Source: Candidatus Helarchaeota archaeon (GTDB lineage: Archaea > Asgardarchaeota > Lokiarchaeia > Helarchaeales > RDOG01). Taken from it: a stretch of 64,000 nt of DNA. Below, piece after piece: positions 49,457 through 60,571 of this stretch. The DNA is taken from the NCBI GenBank assembly GCA_019058315.1, contig JAHPZH010000004.1, forward strand, positions 1-64,000, in the 5' to 3' direction. The notes under the pieces are model-generated. The model ran no database searches. It saw only the letters and a program-made list of their open reading frames with translations, and was not told the DNA's origin. The number at the start of each line of letters is the position of its first letter. Position 1 is the stretch's first letter. The translations under genes were made by a program, and so were the position numbers.

Positions 49457-51544
49457 TTGACAATGAAAATAAAGGAGAATTTATTAAAGCTTAAAAATAT
49501 TCTTTTATTAATTGGATTGATTTTTATTGCTATTGGAGGCATTATCACACTAAATTTCAATTATGCAGAATCGCCAGCACACGAATATGATATCGATCTA
49601 TATACAATTGATCACCCAATTTATGATTTTTTACCAGTACGAATCGACTCTACTTTTTACTTCCCCAAAATGGAATATAATTGGTATTTATATTCCAAAA
49701 AAAATGATTTCAAAATGCCAGCAATAGTATTTGTTCATGGTTATGCTGCAGATAAAACTTTCTTTCGTGGACTGGCTCATGAGTTTGCAAAGCGGGGATT
49801 TTTTTGTATTTCAATTACCGCCAGAGGACATGGTGCATCAGGGGGAGTTGTCGGTTTGACTTGGGAGAATGAAACACTGACAGCCGTTGATTATCTTGAA
49901 CGATTAGCGGATTCAGGATTTCCAATTGACAAAAGTCGAATTGGTTTAATAGGGCATTCAATGGGGGCATTTTCAGTCACTCTCGCAGCAAGTATAGATC
50001 CTCGAATTAATGCCACAGTGGCAATTGGAGGACCTTTAGTAAATATAACACGTGGTTTTGGTTTTGCTGGAGTATTATCATTATGGGAACCAGAAAACAA
50101 CACCGATATAGTTCAGTTAATGAATTATTTCGATTTACGTACAATAACTTGTCTAATGCCGGGTCTTAATGTGTATATGCAATATCCTGTTTACATGAAA
50201 TGGGCTCTTGAAAATGCGGTAATTCAAGGTAGGGTAAATAGGACAAATCCAAATAATTATCTTAATATTATAGGTTCGGTTGATGAAGCTTTTTCTGTCT
50301 ATTCGGCTCAGGAAGTTTTATGGCATATGGGATTGAAGGGTCATCCTTATAACATTACCCACTATGTCCAAGTTTTACGAAACCATCTCTATGGGGATTT
50401 TAATGGGACCGCAAGAAAACTCACGGTCCTTCCTACTACAGATCATATAACAGAACATTTCCATCCGGCAAGTATCTATGAAACTCTTAACTGGATGGAG
50501 AAGTCTATGAAACTAACCCATCCCATTTATGGTGCGACAGAATATATGCTGTATCAAATTTTATTCCGTGATGCATTTGCTGAACAATTACGCTCGTCAT
50601 CACCGATATTTATGAGTCTAGGATTGATATTAACATTTATTCCGGTTTCAATTTATCTAGGGAATTGGTTAAGAAGTAAATACACAAAAGCAAAGCAAGC
50701 AAAAGAATTGGATAATAAGAAAATGTGGCTAATGTTCTTAATTTATGGTATAGCATTTTCAATAATTTCTTTACTCACAATGCCAGTTATTCAAACTTTA
50801 AATATTGTTCCTTGGACCGATTATCTCGGTTTTAACATGCTACACATGTTATTATTCGTTCAGGCAATATTATTTGCTCCAGTTTTAATTGTTCTGATGT
50901 TACTTGAACGTAAGATATTTAATGAGAATTTGGAAGATTTTGGAATGCACCCAAAAGCCTTCCCTAAAAGCGCATTATATGGAATTTTACTTGCTTTGTT
51001 CATTTTTTTAATTGCAAATTTAGGATCTACACCCACTCTGTACAACACTCTCCCAACTAGACCAGAAAGTTTCCTAGAAATCTTCCTATACATGCTGGTC
51101 GTGTTTACAGTTTTGGAAATTCTTTTCCGGGGACTCATCCAGACAAAATTATCCCGATATGAAAAAGTTGAATTAAAATACGTTTCAAAAATTCTACCCG
51201 CATGGAAAGAATTCCTCCTAAGTTCACTGGTAACCAGTATAATTCAGGGTATAGGTTTAGGAATTGTTGCTTCTATGTTTGTTGATTCATTATCTTTGAT
51301 CCCAATAAATACTCATACATTAAATCTTCTATTAGGTGGACAAACGCAATTAGTGATTCCTAATATTCCTCTTCCTTTGTTGATTATCGGTGATTGCATC
51401 GCGATATCCTTCGTACTTTCTCTTGCTATGAACTGGCTATATAGAAAATCAAGGAATGTCTTAGGCTTGATAATTTTTAGTGCTTTTATAATAAGTTGGG
51501 TTTCGACAGTTATAACACCTGTAATTTCGGGAAGCATAATTTAA
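49457..51544 (+). CDS. Membrane-anchored alpha/beta hydrolase with C-terminal polytopic CPBP-like domain
   Basis: VHG, GHG, GHSMG, D, DH; EILFRG. Confidence 0.8.
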   Translation: MTMKIKENLLKLKNILLLIGLIFIAIGGIITLNFNYAESPAHEYDIDLYTIDHPIYDFLPVRIDSTFYFPKMEYNWYLYSKKNDFKMPAIVFVHGYAADKTFFRGLAHEFAKRGFFCISITARGHGASGGVVGLTWENETLTAVDYLERLADSGFPIDKSRIGLIGHSMGAFSVTLAASIDPRINATVAIGGPLVNITRGFGFAGVLSLWEPENNTDIVQLMNYFDLRTITCLMPGLNVYMQYPVYMKWALENAVIQGRVNRTNPNNYLNIIGSVDEAFSVYSAQEVLWHMGLKGHPYNITHYVQVLRNHLYGDFNGTARKLTVLPTTDHITEHFHPASIYETLNWMEKSMKLTHPIYGATEYMLYQILFRDAFAEQLRSSSPIFMSLGLILTFIPVSIYLGNWLRSKYTKAKQAKELDNKKMWLMFLIYGIAFSIISLLTMPVIQTLNIVPWTDYLGFNMLHMLLFVQAILFAPVLIVLMLLERKIFNENLEDFGMHPKAFPKSALYGILLALFIFLIANLGSTPTLYNTLPTRPESFLEIFLYMLVVFTVLEILFRGLIQTKLSRYEKVELKYVSKILPAWKEFLLSSLVTSIIQGIGLGIVASMFVDSLSLIPINTHTLNLLLGGQTQLVIPNIPLPLLIIGDCIAISFVLSLAMNWLYRKSRNVLGLIIFSAFIISWVSTVITPVISGSII

Positions 51545-51656
51545 CTTCTACTTTTTTTGTTTCCAGAGCAATTAGTAACCATTTTCATTTTTTAAATAAA
51601 CTTTTTTAGATTGGCTTGCTTATTTATAAATACAATTTTAATAGTAGGGTGCTATT

Positions 51657-53708
51657 TTGAAAGTTCTAAGTAAAATAAAAGAGTTAAATTGGAAAAAACT
51701 CAAAGAATTAAAGAATATCTTATTAATTTTCGGAGTATTAACTCTTTGTGTCAGCGGAGCTTTAGCTCTAAAGTTCAATGTTATTGATAATCCAACTTAT
51801 GAATCAGAATGGGACCTATATACAATTGAACACCCAATTTATGATATTTTACCAGTACGTATTGATTCAAATCTATATATTCCTAAGTTTGAATATAATT
51901 GGTATTTGTATTCTGAAAAAAACGATTATAAAATGCCAGTTATCATCATGGTTCATGGTTTTTCCTGTGATAAAGAATTTTTTAAGGGGTTAGCTTTAGA
52001 ATTTGCACGTCGAGGTTTTGCAACTGTTACAATTACTGCACGAGGTCATCATGGATCCAACGGAATCTTGGGCTTGACATGGGAAAATGAAGTTATGACT
52101 GCAGTTGATTATATCGAAGGGTTAGCAGATGCTGGTATGCCATTTGACATGGGGCGAATCGGATTAATTGGACATTCTATGGGTGCATATTCAGTTACTT
52201 TAGCTGGAAAGCTTGATGAAAGAATCAATGCAACTGTTGCTATTGCTGGTCCCACAGCAAATATAACTCAAGGAACCCTTTTAGACATTCTTTCAGGTGG
52301 AGAGGTTTATGGGGGATTCAGTTCATTACCTTTTACAATGCCAGGTCTAGTGCCTTATTTACAATACCCTTTTGGATATTCTTGGGAATCATATTCTGGA
52401 AATGCGGTAATTGTTGGCAATGTATCTAAGGATGGAAAAATATACGAGTGTAATAGTTCAAATCCAAGAAATTATCTTAATATTATTGGTACTATAGATG
52501 AAGCATTCACAGTATTTTCGGCACAAGAAGTTTTGTGGGAAATGGGGTTAAAAGATCCACCGTATAATATTTCAACTTATTGGCACGTTTTACGTAATCA
52601 TCTATATGGCGATTTCAATGGAACAGCTAGAAAATTAGTGACAATTCCAATGACGGAACATGTGTTCGAGCCAAATCATCCCATCACAATTTATGAATCT
52701 ATTAATTGGATGGAAAAATCTATGAAATTGGAACATCCAATTTACGGTTCTATAGAATATTTAATGTATCAAGTCTTATTCCGGGATTCTTTTGGTGAAA
52801 TTTTGCGTGTATCAGCACCTTGGATAAATCTATTGGGAATTGCCATAATATTTCTTCCACTTTCAATTTACTTAGGAAATTGGCTAAAAAGTAAACATAC
52901 AGAGGCAAAATTCGCAAAAGAAATAGAAAATAAAAAAATGTGGAAAATGTTTTTAATATATGGTTTAGCTTTCATTCTGATATCTCTAGTAACAGTCCCA
53001 ATCATTCAATCACTTAAAATCGTACCTTGGACGGATTATCTTGGCTCCAACATGATCCATATGTTTTTAGTCGTTCAATCAGTTCTATTTCTTCCAGTTT
53101 TAATAGCTTTAATAATTTACGAACGCAAAGCATTCAATGAGGATTGGGAAGATTTTGGAATTCACCCTCGAGCGTTTCCAAAAAGTGCCCTTTTCGGAAT
53201 TTTAATGGCTTTGGTTATATTCCTTATCATTAACGTAGTAATAGCCCCGACTTATTTCAATACATGGATTCAAAGACCAGAAAGTTTCTTAGAGATTTTT
53301 ATATGCATGCTATTTGTGTTCTCCGTCACAGAAATCTTATTTAGAGGTCTTATTCAGTCTAAATTATCTAGATATAGCAATGTAAAACTAAGATTTGTTT
53401 CTAAATATTTACCTGCATGGAAAGAATTTCTCTTAAGTTCTCTCATAACAGCAATAATTCAAGGACTGGGATTAGGTTTGATGTTTTCAATATTTCTATT
53501 TAATACTTCACTCTTAAAAACTAGTTTCTCTTGGGATGTAATTGGTTTGTGCTTCGGTATCTGTTTTTCCTTGTCGCTCTTAAATAATTGGCTTTACAGA
53601 AAACAACGAAATGTCATAGGGATTATAATCTTTGCTGCCTTTATCGTCAGTTGGGTTTCCACTTTATTCCCTGCAATTTCTGCTCCATTAAGATATCTAT
53701 TCTTTTAA
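51657..53708 (+). CDS. Tandem paralogue: alpha/beta hydrolase plus CPBP-like membrane domain
   Basis: VHG, GHSMG, EH; EILFRG; long shared blocks with the upstream gene. Confidence 0.8.
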   Translation: MKVLSKIKELNWKKLKELKNILLIFGVLTLCVSGALALKFNVIDNPTYESEWDLYTIEHPIYDILPVRIDSNLYIPKFEYNWYLYSEKNDYKMPVIIMVHGFSCDKEFFKGLALEFARRGFATVTITARGHHGSNGILGLTWENEVMTAVDYIEGLADAGMPFDMGRIGLIGHSMGAYSVTLAGKLDERINATVAIAGPTANITQGTLLDILSGGEVYGGFSSLPFTMPGLVPYLQYPFGYSWESYSGNAVIVGNVSKDGKIYECNSSNPRNYLNIIGTIDEAFTVFSAQEVLWEMGLKDPPYNISTYWHVLRNHLYGDFNGTARKLVTIPMTEHVFEPNHPITIYESINWMEKSMKLEHPIYGSIEYLMYQVLFRDSFGEILRVSAPWINLLGIAIIFLPLSIYLGNWLKSKHTEAKFAKEIENKKMWKMFLIYGLAFILISLVTVPIIQSLKIVPWTDYLGSNMIHMFLVVQSVLFLPVLIALIIYERKAFNEDWEDFGIHPRAFPKSALFGILMALVIFLIINVVIAPTYFNTWIQRPESFLEIFICMLFVFSVTEILFRGLIQSKLSRYSNVKLRFVSKYLPAWKEFLLSSLITAIIQGLGLGLMFSIFLFNTSLLKTSFSWDVIGLCFGICFSLSLLNNWLYRKQRNVIGIIIFAAFIVSWVSTLFPAISAPLRYLFF

Positions 53709-53931
53709 ATTAATTCTTTTTCTTTTTTTTTTAGATTTTTTAAGATTTAGACACTAGACTTTTAATTTCTAAAATTAGAGTTATTTAAAAGTTAAAAAAT
53801 ATTTACTAGCTTTTTCTGCACAAAATTTTAATTAAAGAGGATTATTAAATTATATGGAATAATTAGAGGAGTAAAAACCAAATAATTATTTTCCAAATAT
53901 AATTTTCAATCAATAAATGAGAGGAATATAG

Positions 53932-55353
53932 TTGAGAAATGAATTAAAATGGGTAGTAAATTCCTTACGATTCTTTTCAATCATTTTTTTTATTGCAGGT
54001 ATGGCAATGATTCTTGGAGGGGTAAGAGATGTTCGAGCCAATATTGATGCTTCAATATTTTTTCAATTCTGGATTAGTATACTAATAGGTTTCTTTATTT
54101 TATTTCTGGTAAATATAGGAGGCATAATAAATGGCATCTATTTTGTTGGATTTGCTATTGTATTTGAAATAATCGCCATTCTTATTTATATATATGCGAC
54201 ATCTGGTAGCAATAATACCGAAAAAAAAGAACTTCAGTATGTTTCATATATTTTTGTTTTTCTATTATTCATTCTTTCATTAGTTGGAATGAATTTGGTT
54301 CATCAAGGAGCGTATGCTGTTCGTGGGTTTGTAGATTTGATAATAATTATTACTTGGTTTTATAATATGTTTTTAGGTTTCTTAATGCTATTTATGGTAA
54401 ACACAGCAGGTATCGTAGGTGGGACAGCTGTAATTGGTGCTGCTCTTGTATTTGAGATAACTGTTATGATATTAGGACTAATTCCATCTACCGATATTGA
54501 AGATATAAGAATGAGTGAAAGGATTCCAATTAAAGACACAATAAGCTATAAAAGCCAAAGAGAAATTATAGGGATTTCAAAACCAAATAAGCCACAAGCT
54601 GTTAAATATGAAGAGATGCCCATTAATCAAACATCAATTTCCCGTGAAACTATACCATCAGCAATTTTACGAGAAGGCCCCCAAAATCTATTTATAGCTA
54701 CGGAAGGCATTAGTTTTAGTAAAGGGATCTGGGATTTAAGAAATAACTATGCTGCCACTTTGATAATATATTCTAATGGGATAATAATAAAACCAATAAT
54801 TTCAATACTTTCTGATATTAATATTCAAATAAATCAAATTTCTAAAACAATTCAAGCCCCCAATATGCAAATTATTGAAATCCTGTTAAAAAATAATGAA
54901 AGATATTCTATACATTTTAATAAAATGGAACTTTTTAATCAATTTTGTAACATAATCTCTAAAATAAGAGGTGAAAGTGTTCCTGACCAATTACAAATTC
55001 GGAAACAAGAGAAAGAAGTATTATTGAAGAAACCAAAGTTAGAAGAACCACGCGACTATATAAAAAAAATTTCTGGAGTATATGATGAAATATCCTTTGA
55101 AAAACTAATAATAAAAACAAATTATAATGTTACTGAACTTGAAAATCTTATTGAAGAAATGATTATTAATGGTGAAATCCAAGCAAAAATTAAACCAAAC
55201 TCTGTAGTTTTCTTAAATAAAAATGATATTACAGAAGAACGCAAATTGAAAAAAATGAATGATTATTTAGTAAAAGTTTTGAAAATCAGATTAGCTAAGG
55301 GAGAAATAACCGAGGAAGATTATGATAGATTAGTTGAAAAGATAAAAATATGA
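53932..55353 (+). CDS. Membrane protein (6 TM) with PCI-like winged helix and C-terminal SHOCT domain
   Basis: YDEISF..L..ELE.LI..MI..G.I.AKI; LK.RLAKGEITEEDY. Confidence 0.65.
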   Translation: MRNELKWVVNSLRFFSIIFFIAGMAMILGGVRDVRANIDASIFFQFWISILIGFFILFLVNIGGIINGIYFVGFAIVFEIIAILIYIYATSGSNNTEKKELQYVSYIFVFLLFILSLVGMNLVHQGAYAVRGFVDLIIIITWFYNMFLGFLMLFMVNTAGIVGGTAVIGAALVFEITVMILGLIPSTDIEDIRMSERIPIKDTISYKSQREIIGISKPNKPQAVKYEEMPINQTSISRETIPSAILREGPQNLFIATEGISFSKGIWDLRNNYAATLIIYSNGIIIKPIISILSDINIQINQISKTIQAPNMQIIEILLKNNERYSIHFNKMELFNQFCNIISKIRGESVPDQLQIRKQEKEVLLKKPKLEEPRDYIKKISGVYDEISFEKLIIKTNYNVTELENLIEEMIINGEIQAKIKPNSVVFLNKNDITEERKLKKMNDYLVKVLKIRLAKGEITEEDYDRLVEKIKI

Positions 55354-55529
55354 ACTAAATCTAAACTAATAAAATATATATTCTTTTTTTCGATCATTTA
55401 TGTTAAAAAGTGTAAATTGATTATTATAATAAAAAAAAATCCTGAGATTTAGGAATAAATTTCTCTAGCTTTTATTAAACCTCCTTTATTTTCAAAGGTA
55501 TATTTAAATATCTTTTAATATATTATTGG

Positions 55530-55546
55530 TTGGATAATCCATCCAA
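55530..55546. promoter_or_regulatory. Palindrome TTGGAT-N5-ATCCAA upstream of the Btu-like operon
   Basis: 6-bp perfect arms about 30 bp before the ATG, just downstream of AT-rich TATA-like sequence. Confidence 0.4.
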
Positions 55547-55577
55547 AACTTATTTTAAAATATAACGTTGTGATCAA

Positions 55578-56558
55578 ATGGCTCAAGCAAATACGGTCTT
55601 AATTGGTGGTATAATTGCAGCAATAGGTATGGCAGCATTTATACCGATTTATCTCATTTTCCAACCTCCCAATGCACCATTACTTCCTCTTCTTTTGGAT
55701 CTTCAGAATAAAAAAATTGTTGTCGATGGTCTTGGACGACCAGTTGAAATACCTAAGAATCCTAAAAGAATAGTTTCTTTGGCTCCCTCAAATACTGAAA
55801 TTCTACATAATATATCATGTGAAAAAAGTAGAGTAGTAGGAAAATCATTCTACTGTAATTATCCTCCGGAATGGAGCGATATTATGGTAATTGGTGATTT
55901 TATTGGACCTGATATTGATTTAATCTTTAGCGTTTTTCCTGATTTAGTTCTTGGTAGAAATGTACAACAACAAATAGATTTAATCCCACAATTAGAAGCT
56001 GCTAATATTCCAATATTTATAATGCCTATTGAGGATACTGTCGAAGATATTTTTTCTAATATGAATTTAATGGGATATTTAATCAATAAAGAAACAAATG
56101 CTTCTCAAATGGTAACTAAATTAGAAAATGCTCTAGAAAAAATTACTAATTCTGTTAATGGAACTGGAAATAGTACATTACTTCCAATTCGAGTAAAAAC
56201 TTATTATGAAATCTGGAATGATCCGGTCTATATAGCAGGAGGTGGTACTTTTATTGGAGATGCACTATATAAAGCTGGTGGCATTAATTTAGGTTCTTTC
56301 TTCGCCGGATCTTGGCCTTCTTTAGATTTACCAGCTCTTGAATTGGCAGCTTTAAATCCTGAACATATTGTGATCCCAAACTGGTATAATTGGAATGATA
56401 TTGATTCACGAACAGGTTGGAGTAGTGTTCCTGCAGTAGTAAATGATAATTATACAGCGATAAATTCAGATCTAATAGAAAGACCGGGACCAAGAATAGT
56501 CGATGCAATTTATATATTAGCAAAAAATATGGTTCCAAATTTATTTCCATGGCTTTAA
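55578..56558 (+). CDS. btuF: Cobalamin/Fe-siderophore ABC transporter substrate-binding protein (BtuF-like)
   Basis: D.LGR.V..P.RIVSLAPSNTEIL, YPP, AGG.N, RPGPR. Confidence 0.8.
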   Translation: MAQANTVLIGGIIAAIGMAAFIPIYLIFQPPNAPLLPLLLDLQNKKIVVDGLGRPVEIPKNPKRIVSLAPSNTEILHNISCEKSRVVGKSFYCNYPPEWSDIMVIGDFIGPDIDLIFSVFPDLVLGRNVQQQIDLIPQLEAANIPIFIMPIEDTVEDIFSNMNLMGYLINKETNASQMVTKLENALEKITNSVNGTGNSTLLPIRVKTYYEIWNDPVYIAGGGTFIGDALYKAGGINLGSFFAGSWPSLDLPALELAALNPEHIVIPNWYNWNDIDSRTGWSSVPAVVNDNYTAINSDLIERPGPRIVDAIYILAKNMVPNLFPWL

Positions 56559-56632
56559 ACTAGAAAAATCCACTAAATCTTCTTTATGGGACTGAATGGA
56601 ATAAATTTTTTAACCTATTAATTTAAATTCAG

Positions 56633-58000
56633 ATGAAAATGAGTAATTCGATAGAGAATTCAGGAGAAAAGATTGAAAAAAAATACTTAAAAAGAAAAAT
56701 TGTAACAAGAATTCTTAATATTTCACTAATTTTAGCGTCTATCTTTACTTTAATTTTTTTATTATCTGTTGGGGAATTGCATATTATTCCATATGACTTA
56801 ATATGGTTATTTTTCATGTATCGTCTTGGTGTTCCATTTGCAGTGAATTTAATGGGAATGATTGCTTATTTTAACTATGAGTTTTATACTATTCTTGAAG
56901 TGATGAATGCTACAGTTTTTGATACTAGAATGCCAAGGATTCTGTTAGCATTTGCTGTTGGGATGGGTTTATCAATTACTGGAATAGTTATGCAGGGTCT
57001 CTTTAAAAACCCATTAGCCGATTCATATATTTTAGGAATTTCTTCTGGAGCTGGGTTAGGTGCCACTATTGCCATTACTTTTAATTTAGCTATGTTATTT
57101 CAAGTTTGGACCTTTACAAATATGTTGACATTTTATACTTTAGATGTGGGTTTTGCATCTTATATTTCAAATTTTATGTATAGTATAACTATTTCTTTAT
57201 GTTCTTTCTTATTTTCTTGCATAATAACTTTTCTAGTTTATTATTTAGCTAAAGGGAGAGGAGAAATTTCAGTAGAAACCCTATTACTATCAGGTATTGC
57301 TCTATCATTTATTTTTGTATCCATAACACAGCTTTTTGTTCTTCTTTCACGCGAACAAATTCATCAAACTTTCTTATGGGGAATTGGTGGGTTCAGTGGA
57401 GCAAATTGGGTAGATGTAATAATTACAGGTCCTGTGGTTATCGCAACAAGTTCAATTTTATTACTTTATGGGAATGATATTAATGTAATGGTATTTGGAG
57501 ATGATGTTGCTAAATCAATGGGAACAGATGTTCATAAATCAAGAAAAATATTAATAGTTCTGGTTTCTATAGAAACCGCGATATGTGTTGCATTTGTTGG
57601 TCCAATTGCTTTTGTTGGATTAATTTGCCCACAAATCATCCGCCTCTTAGTAGGAAATGATCATCGTAAATTGATGCCACTTGCTGCACTTTTTGGAGGA
57701 TTATTTCTTGTTTGGATGGATTTTATTGCACAAACTATTTTAGATCCAGGAAATTACTTAAATGTTTATCTTAATAATTTAGTAAAAATCCATGTTGATA
57801 ATTTAATACAGGATTATCTTAATAATATAATTAATATCCCCGTAGTTGGAGAATTATTAGCTAAAGTATTAAATAATATTATTCCTCAAAAAATAATGGG
57901 TGCAGATCTACCAGTAGGGATTATTACTTCCTTAATTGGAGGTCCATTTTTTATAATCCTTTTATTAATTAAAAGAAAAAGAATTTTTTTAGGTAGTTAA
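56633..58000 (+). CDS. btuC: FecCD/BtuC-family ABC permease
   Basis: R.PR, QGLFKNPLA, GISSGA, G.D.A.S.G, GPIAFVGL..P, PVG..T...G.PFF. Confidence 0.85.
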   Translation: MKMSNSIENSGEKIEKKYLKRKIVTRILNISLILASIFTLIFLLSVGELHIIPYDLIWLFFMYRLGVPFAVNLMGMIAYFNYEFYTILEVMNATVFDTRMPRILLAFAVGMGLSITGIVMQGLFKNPLADSYILGISSGAGLGATIAITFNLAMLFQVWTFTNMLTFYTLDVGFASYISNFMYSITISLCSFLFSCIITFLVYYLAKGRGEISVETLLLSGIALSFIFVSITQLFVLLSREQIHQTFLWGIGGFSGANWVDVIITGPVVIATSSILLLYGNDINVMVFGDDVAKSMGTDVHKSRKILIVLVSIETAICVAFVGPIAFVGLICPQIIRLLVGNDHRKLMPLAALFGGLFLVWMDFIAQTILDPGNYLNVYLNNLVKIHVDNLIQDYLNNIINIPVVGELLAKVLNNIIPQKIMGADLPVGIITSLIGGPFFIILLLIKRKRIFLGS

Positions 58001-59245
58001 ATGAGTGTTGAAATAAATAAATTAAATTTTTTTTATGGTAAGAGTCATACTTTAAAAAATATCTCTTTTCAAGTCGAAAAAGGTGAATTTATAGGTATTG
58101 TAGGACCAAATGGAAGTGGTAAAACAACTCTATTAAAAATAATTGATAGACTTTTAAAATACGAATCAGGGATAATATCGATAAATGGAAGAGACTTATA
58201 TTCATATAGTTTGAGAGAGCTAGCGCGAACTATATCTTTTGTTCCTCAGACAAGTCATTTAACATTTGATTTTACAGCTTATGAAATCGCATTAATGGGA
58301 CGCAATCCGCATATTGGAAAATTTGAAGTAGAAACAAAGGAAGATTATGAAATAATACAAAAAATTTTCGAACTTACTAACTGTATCGAACTTGCAAATC
58401 GAAATTTTAATGATCTAAGTGGTGGTGAACAACAAAAAATTATTTTTTCGCGAGCTCTAGTTCAAGAACCTGAAATTCTACTATTAGATGAACCAACCAC
58501 ACATCTAGATATCTACAACCAGATTGAATATATGGAATTACTTAAGAAATTTCAAAATGATGGGTTGACCATAATTATGGTAGTACATGATTTAAACCTA
58601 GCAGCTCAATATTGTGATAGATTAATTCTAATGTCCGAGGGTAGTATATATTCAATGGGTTCAATTGAAGAAGTTTTAACTGAAGATAATATTAAAGAAG
58701 TCTTTAATATTGATGTAATTACACATAAAAGTTACATTACAGATTCAATCCATATTGTTCCTTATTTGAAATTTATCAAAGAGACACATCCCGTTAGAAT
58801 CCATATAATCTGTGGAGGAGGGAGTGGAGCAAAGATACTTCATCTATTTAAAAATTTCAAAGTTTCAGTTGGAGTATTAAATGCGGCTGATAGTGACTAT
58901 GAAGTAGCTAAACTTTATGATTATCAGATTATTACTGAAAAACCATTTTCCCCAATCTCAAATGAATCTTATGAAGAAATATTGAGAGTTCTAGAAGATG
59001 TAAGATATATAATTTTTTGTAATTTTCCAATTGGTATAGGTAACTTAAGAAATTTAGAATGTTTGCTCGATTTAGAAAAAGAAATTATTATTTACGAAGA
59101 AACTGATATTGACCTTCGGGATTTTACAAATGGAAAAGCAAAAAAAATGTATGAGGAATTAAAAAAACACCCTAATGTTCGAGTCTTCAATGAAATAAAT
59201 GAAATTTTCAAATTCATTAAATCAGAAATTAATAAAGAGGTGTAA
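58001..59245 (+). CDS. btuD: BtuD/FhuC-family ABC ATPase with C-terminal extension
   Basis: GPNGSGKT, LSGGE, LLLDEPT, HDLN. Confidence 0.88.
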   Translation: MSVEINKLNFFYGKSHTLKNISFQVEKGEFIGIVGPNGSGKTTLLKIIDRLLKYESGIISINGRDLYSYSLRELARTISFVPQTSHLTFDFTAYEIALMGRNPHIGKFEVETKEDYEIIQKIFELTNCIELANRNFNDLSGGEQQKIIFSRALVQEPEILLLDEPTTHLDIYNQIEYMELLKKFQNDGLTIIMVVHDLNLAAQYCDRLILMSEGSIYSMGSIEEVLTEDNIKEVFNIDVITHKSYITDSIHIVPYLKFIKETHPVRIHIICGGGSGAKILHLFKNFKVSVGVLNAADSDYEVAKLYDYQIITEKPFSPISNESYEEILRVLEDVRYIIFCNFPIGIGNLRNLECLLDLEKEIIIYEETDIDLRDFTNGKAKKMYEELKKHPNVRVFNEINEIFKFIKSEINKEV

Positions 59246-59978
59246 GAATATTCATCATATAAATTCAAATAATATTAAAAATTTTAAGATTAATAGTAAT
59301 ATGGGAGCTAGAAAATTGTCAAATGAACCTTCAATTCGGACAATATTGAATAATTTTATTGAAAATAAGGCTCCCGGTCCTAAATCAAATATATTTGTCT
59401 TTCATCTCGAGCAAGCATTAAGATTCATTGCAGAAGGAGATATTAATCGTAAAAACAAGCCAATAGGTCGTCAAAAATTGGCAAACATCCTTGGCTTAGG
59501 TGCAGGAAGTATAAGAAGCTTATTAAAATTATTAAAAAAAGAAAATTTGATTCAAACTTCTAAATCAGGAAATGAAATTTCAAAAAAAGGTGAAAATTAC
59601 TTAAAAAAATTAAAAAAAGTAATCCCAAATACCGAAATGGAAATTAAATCAGCAAATGATTTGACAAATTCTACAAACAATTTTGCTCTACTAATAAAAG
59701 ACTGTTCAGAAAAAATTGAAACTGGAATGGTTCAGCGGGATGCTGCAATAAAAATTGGAGCAACTGGTGCTATTACGATTATACTTAAAGATGGAAAATA
59801 TAGTATTCCACAAATCAAAGGTTTTAATGATCTCCAGAATGAATATCCCCAATTTGTTAAAGAATTAGAGACCAAACTACAAATCGAGGAAAACGATATT
59901 ATTATAATTGGAACAGCTGATGATTCAATTAAAGCAAGAACAGGAGTTTGGGCTGCAGCTTATTCCCTGATATTATAA
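59199..59978 (+). CDS. Archaeal wHTH regulator-like protein (DUF4443-like); true start probably near 59301
   Basis: PGP..PIGR..LA..L.LG.GS.R; G..QRD.A...GA.GA. Confidence 0.65.
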   Translation: MKFSNSLNQKLIKRCKNIHHINSNNIKNFKINSNMGARKLSNEPSIRTILNNFIENKAPGPKSNIFVFHLEQALRFIAEGDINRKNKPIGRQKLANILGLGAGSIRSLLKLLKKENLIQTSKSGNEISKKGENYLKKLKKVIPNTEMEIKSANDLTNSTNNFALLIKDCSEKIETGMVQRDAAIKIGATGAITIILKDGKYSIPQIKGFNDLQNEYPQFVKELETKLQIEENDIIIIGTADDSIKARTGVWAAAYSLIL

Positions 59979-60037
59979 TAGAATAAAGAAGTAAGTTTTT
60001 AATTTTTATATTTACAGAATTTTGAATATAATTGAAT

Positions 60038-60496
60038 TTATTCCCCTAATCGCTCACCAATTTCAATACATTTTTGAACATCTTTTTGTGATGCTTTGGG
60101 TCCTGTCCATAAACTTCCTGGGGCTCCAGCTAGAATAGCAATTTTATCAACTCTTATATTAGAGTTTTTTTCCTTTAACATCTTCTCCATAATATCAATA
60201 GCACGATTACCTCCGACACCTGCATAGCAAGTAACAAGTCCAATTCGTTTATTATTTAAATCATCTGGAGTAAAATTTTTAATAAAATCTGAAATCTTTC
60301 TAGCGGGACCCCACATATGCGTTGGAGAACCGATTACCAAAATTTCATATTGCGAGAAATCTATATTATTGTGTTTTATTTCTCTCACATTAAAAATTTC
60401 AAATTCCACCTCTCTTTTTTCTAATCCTTTTGAAATATTTTCAACTGCTTGCTTTGTGTGATTTGTTATAGTATAATATATTAAAATTGCTCTCAT
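60038..60496 (-). CDS. Flavodoxin-domain protein
   Basis: YYTITNHT, IGSPT. Confidence 0.8.
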   Translation of the reverse strand: MRAILIYYTITNHTKQAVENISKGLEKREVEFEIFNVREIKHNNIDFSQYEILVIGSPTHMWGPARKISDFIKNFTPDDLNNKRIGLVTCYAGVGGNRAIDIMEKMLKEKNSNIRVDKIAILAGAPGSLWTGPKASQKDVQKCIEIGERLGE

Positions 60497-60571
60497 TTTA
60501 CCACTTCGATTTTAAATGTTTTTTCATATAATATTAAAAGTGTCTTAACTTAAATGAATGGATAGAAAATC

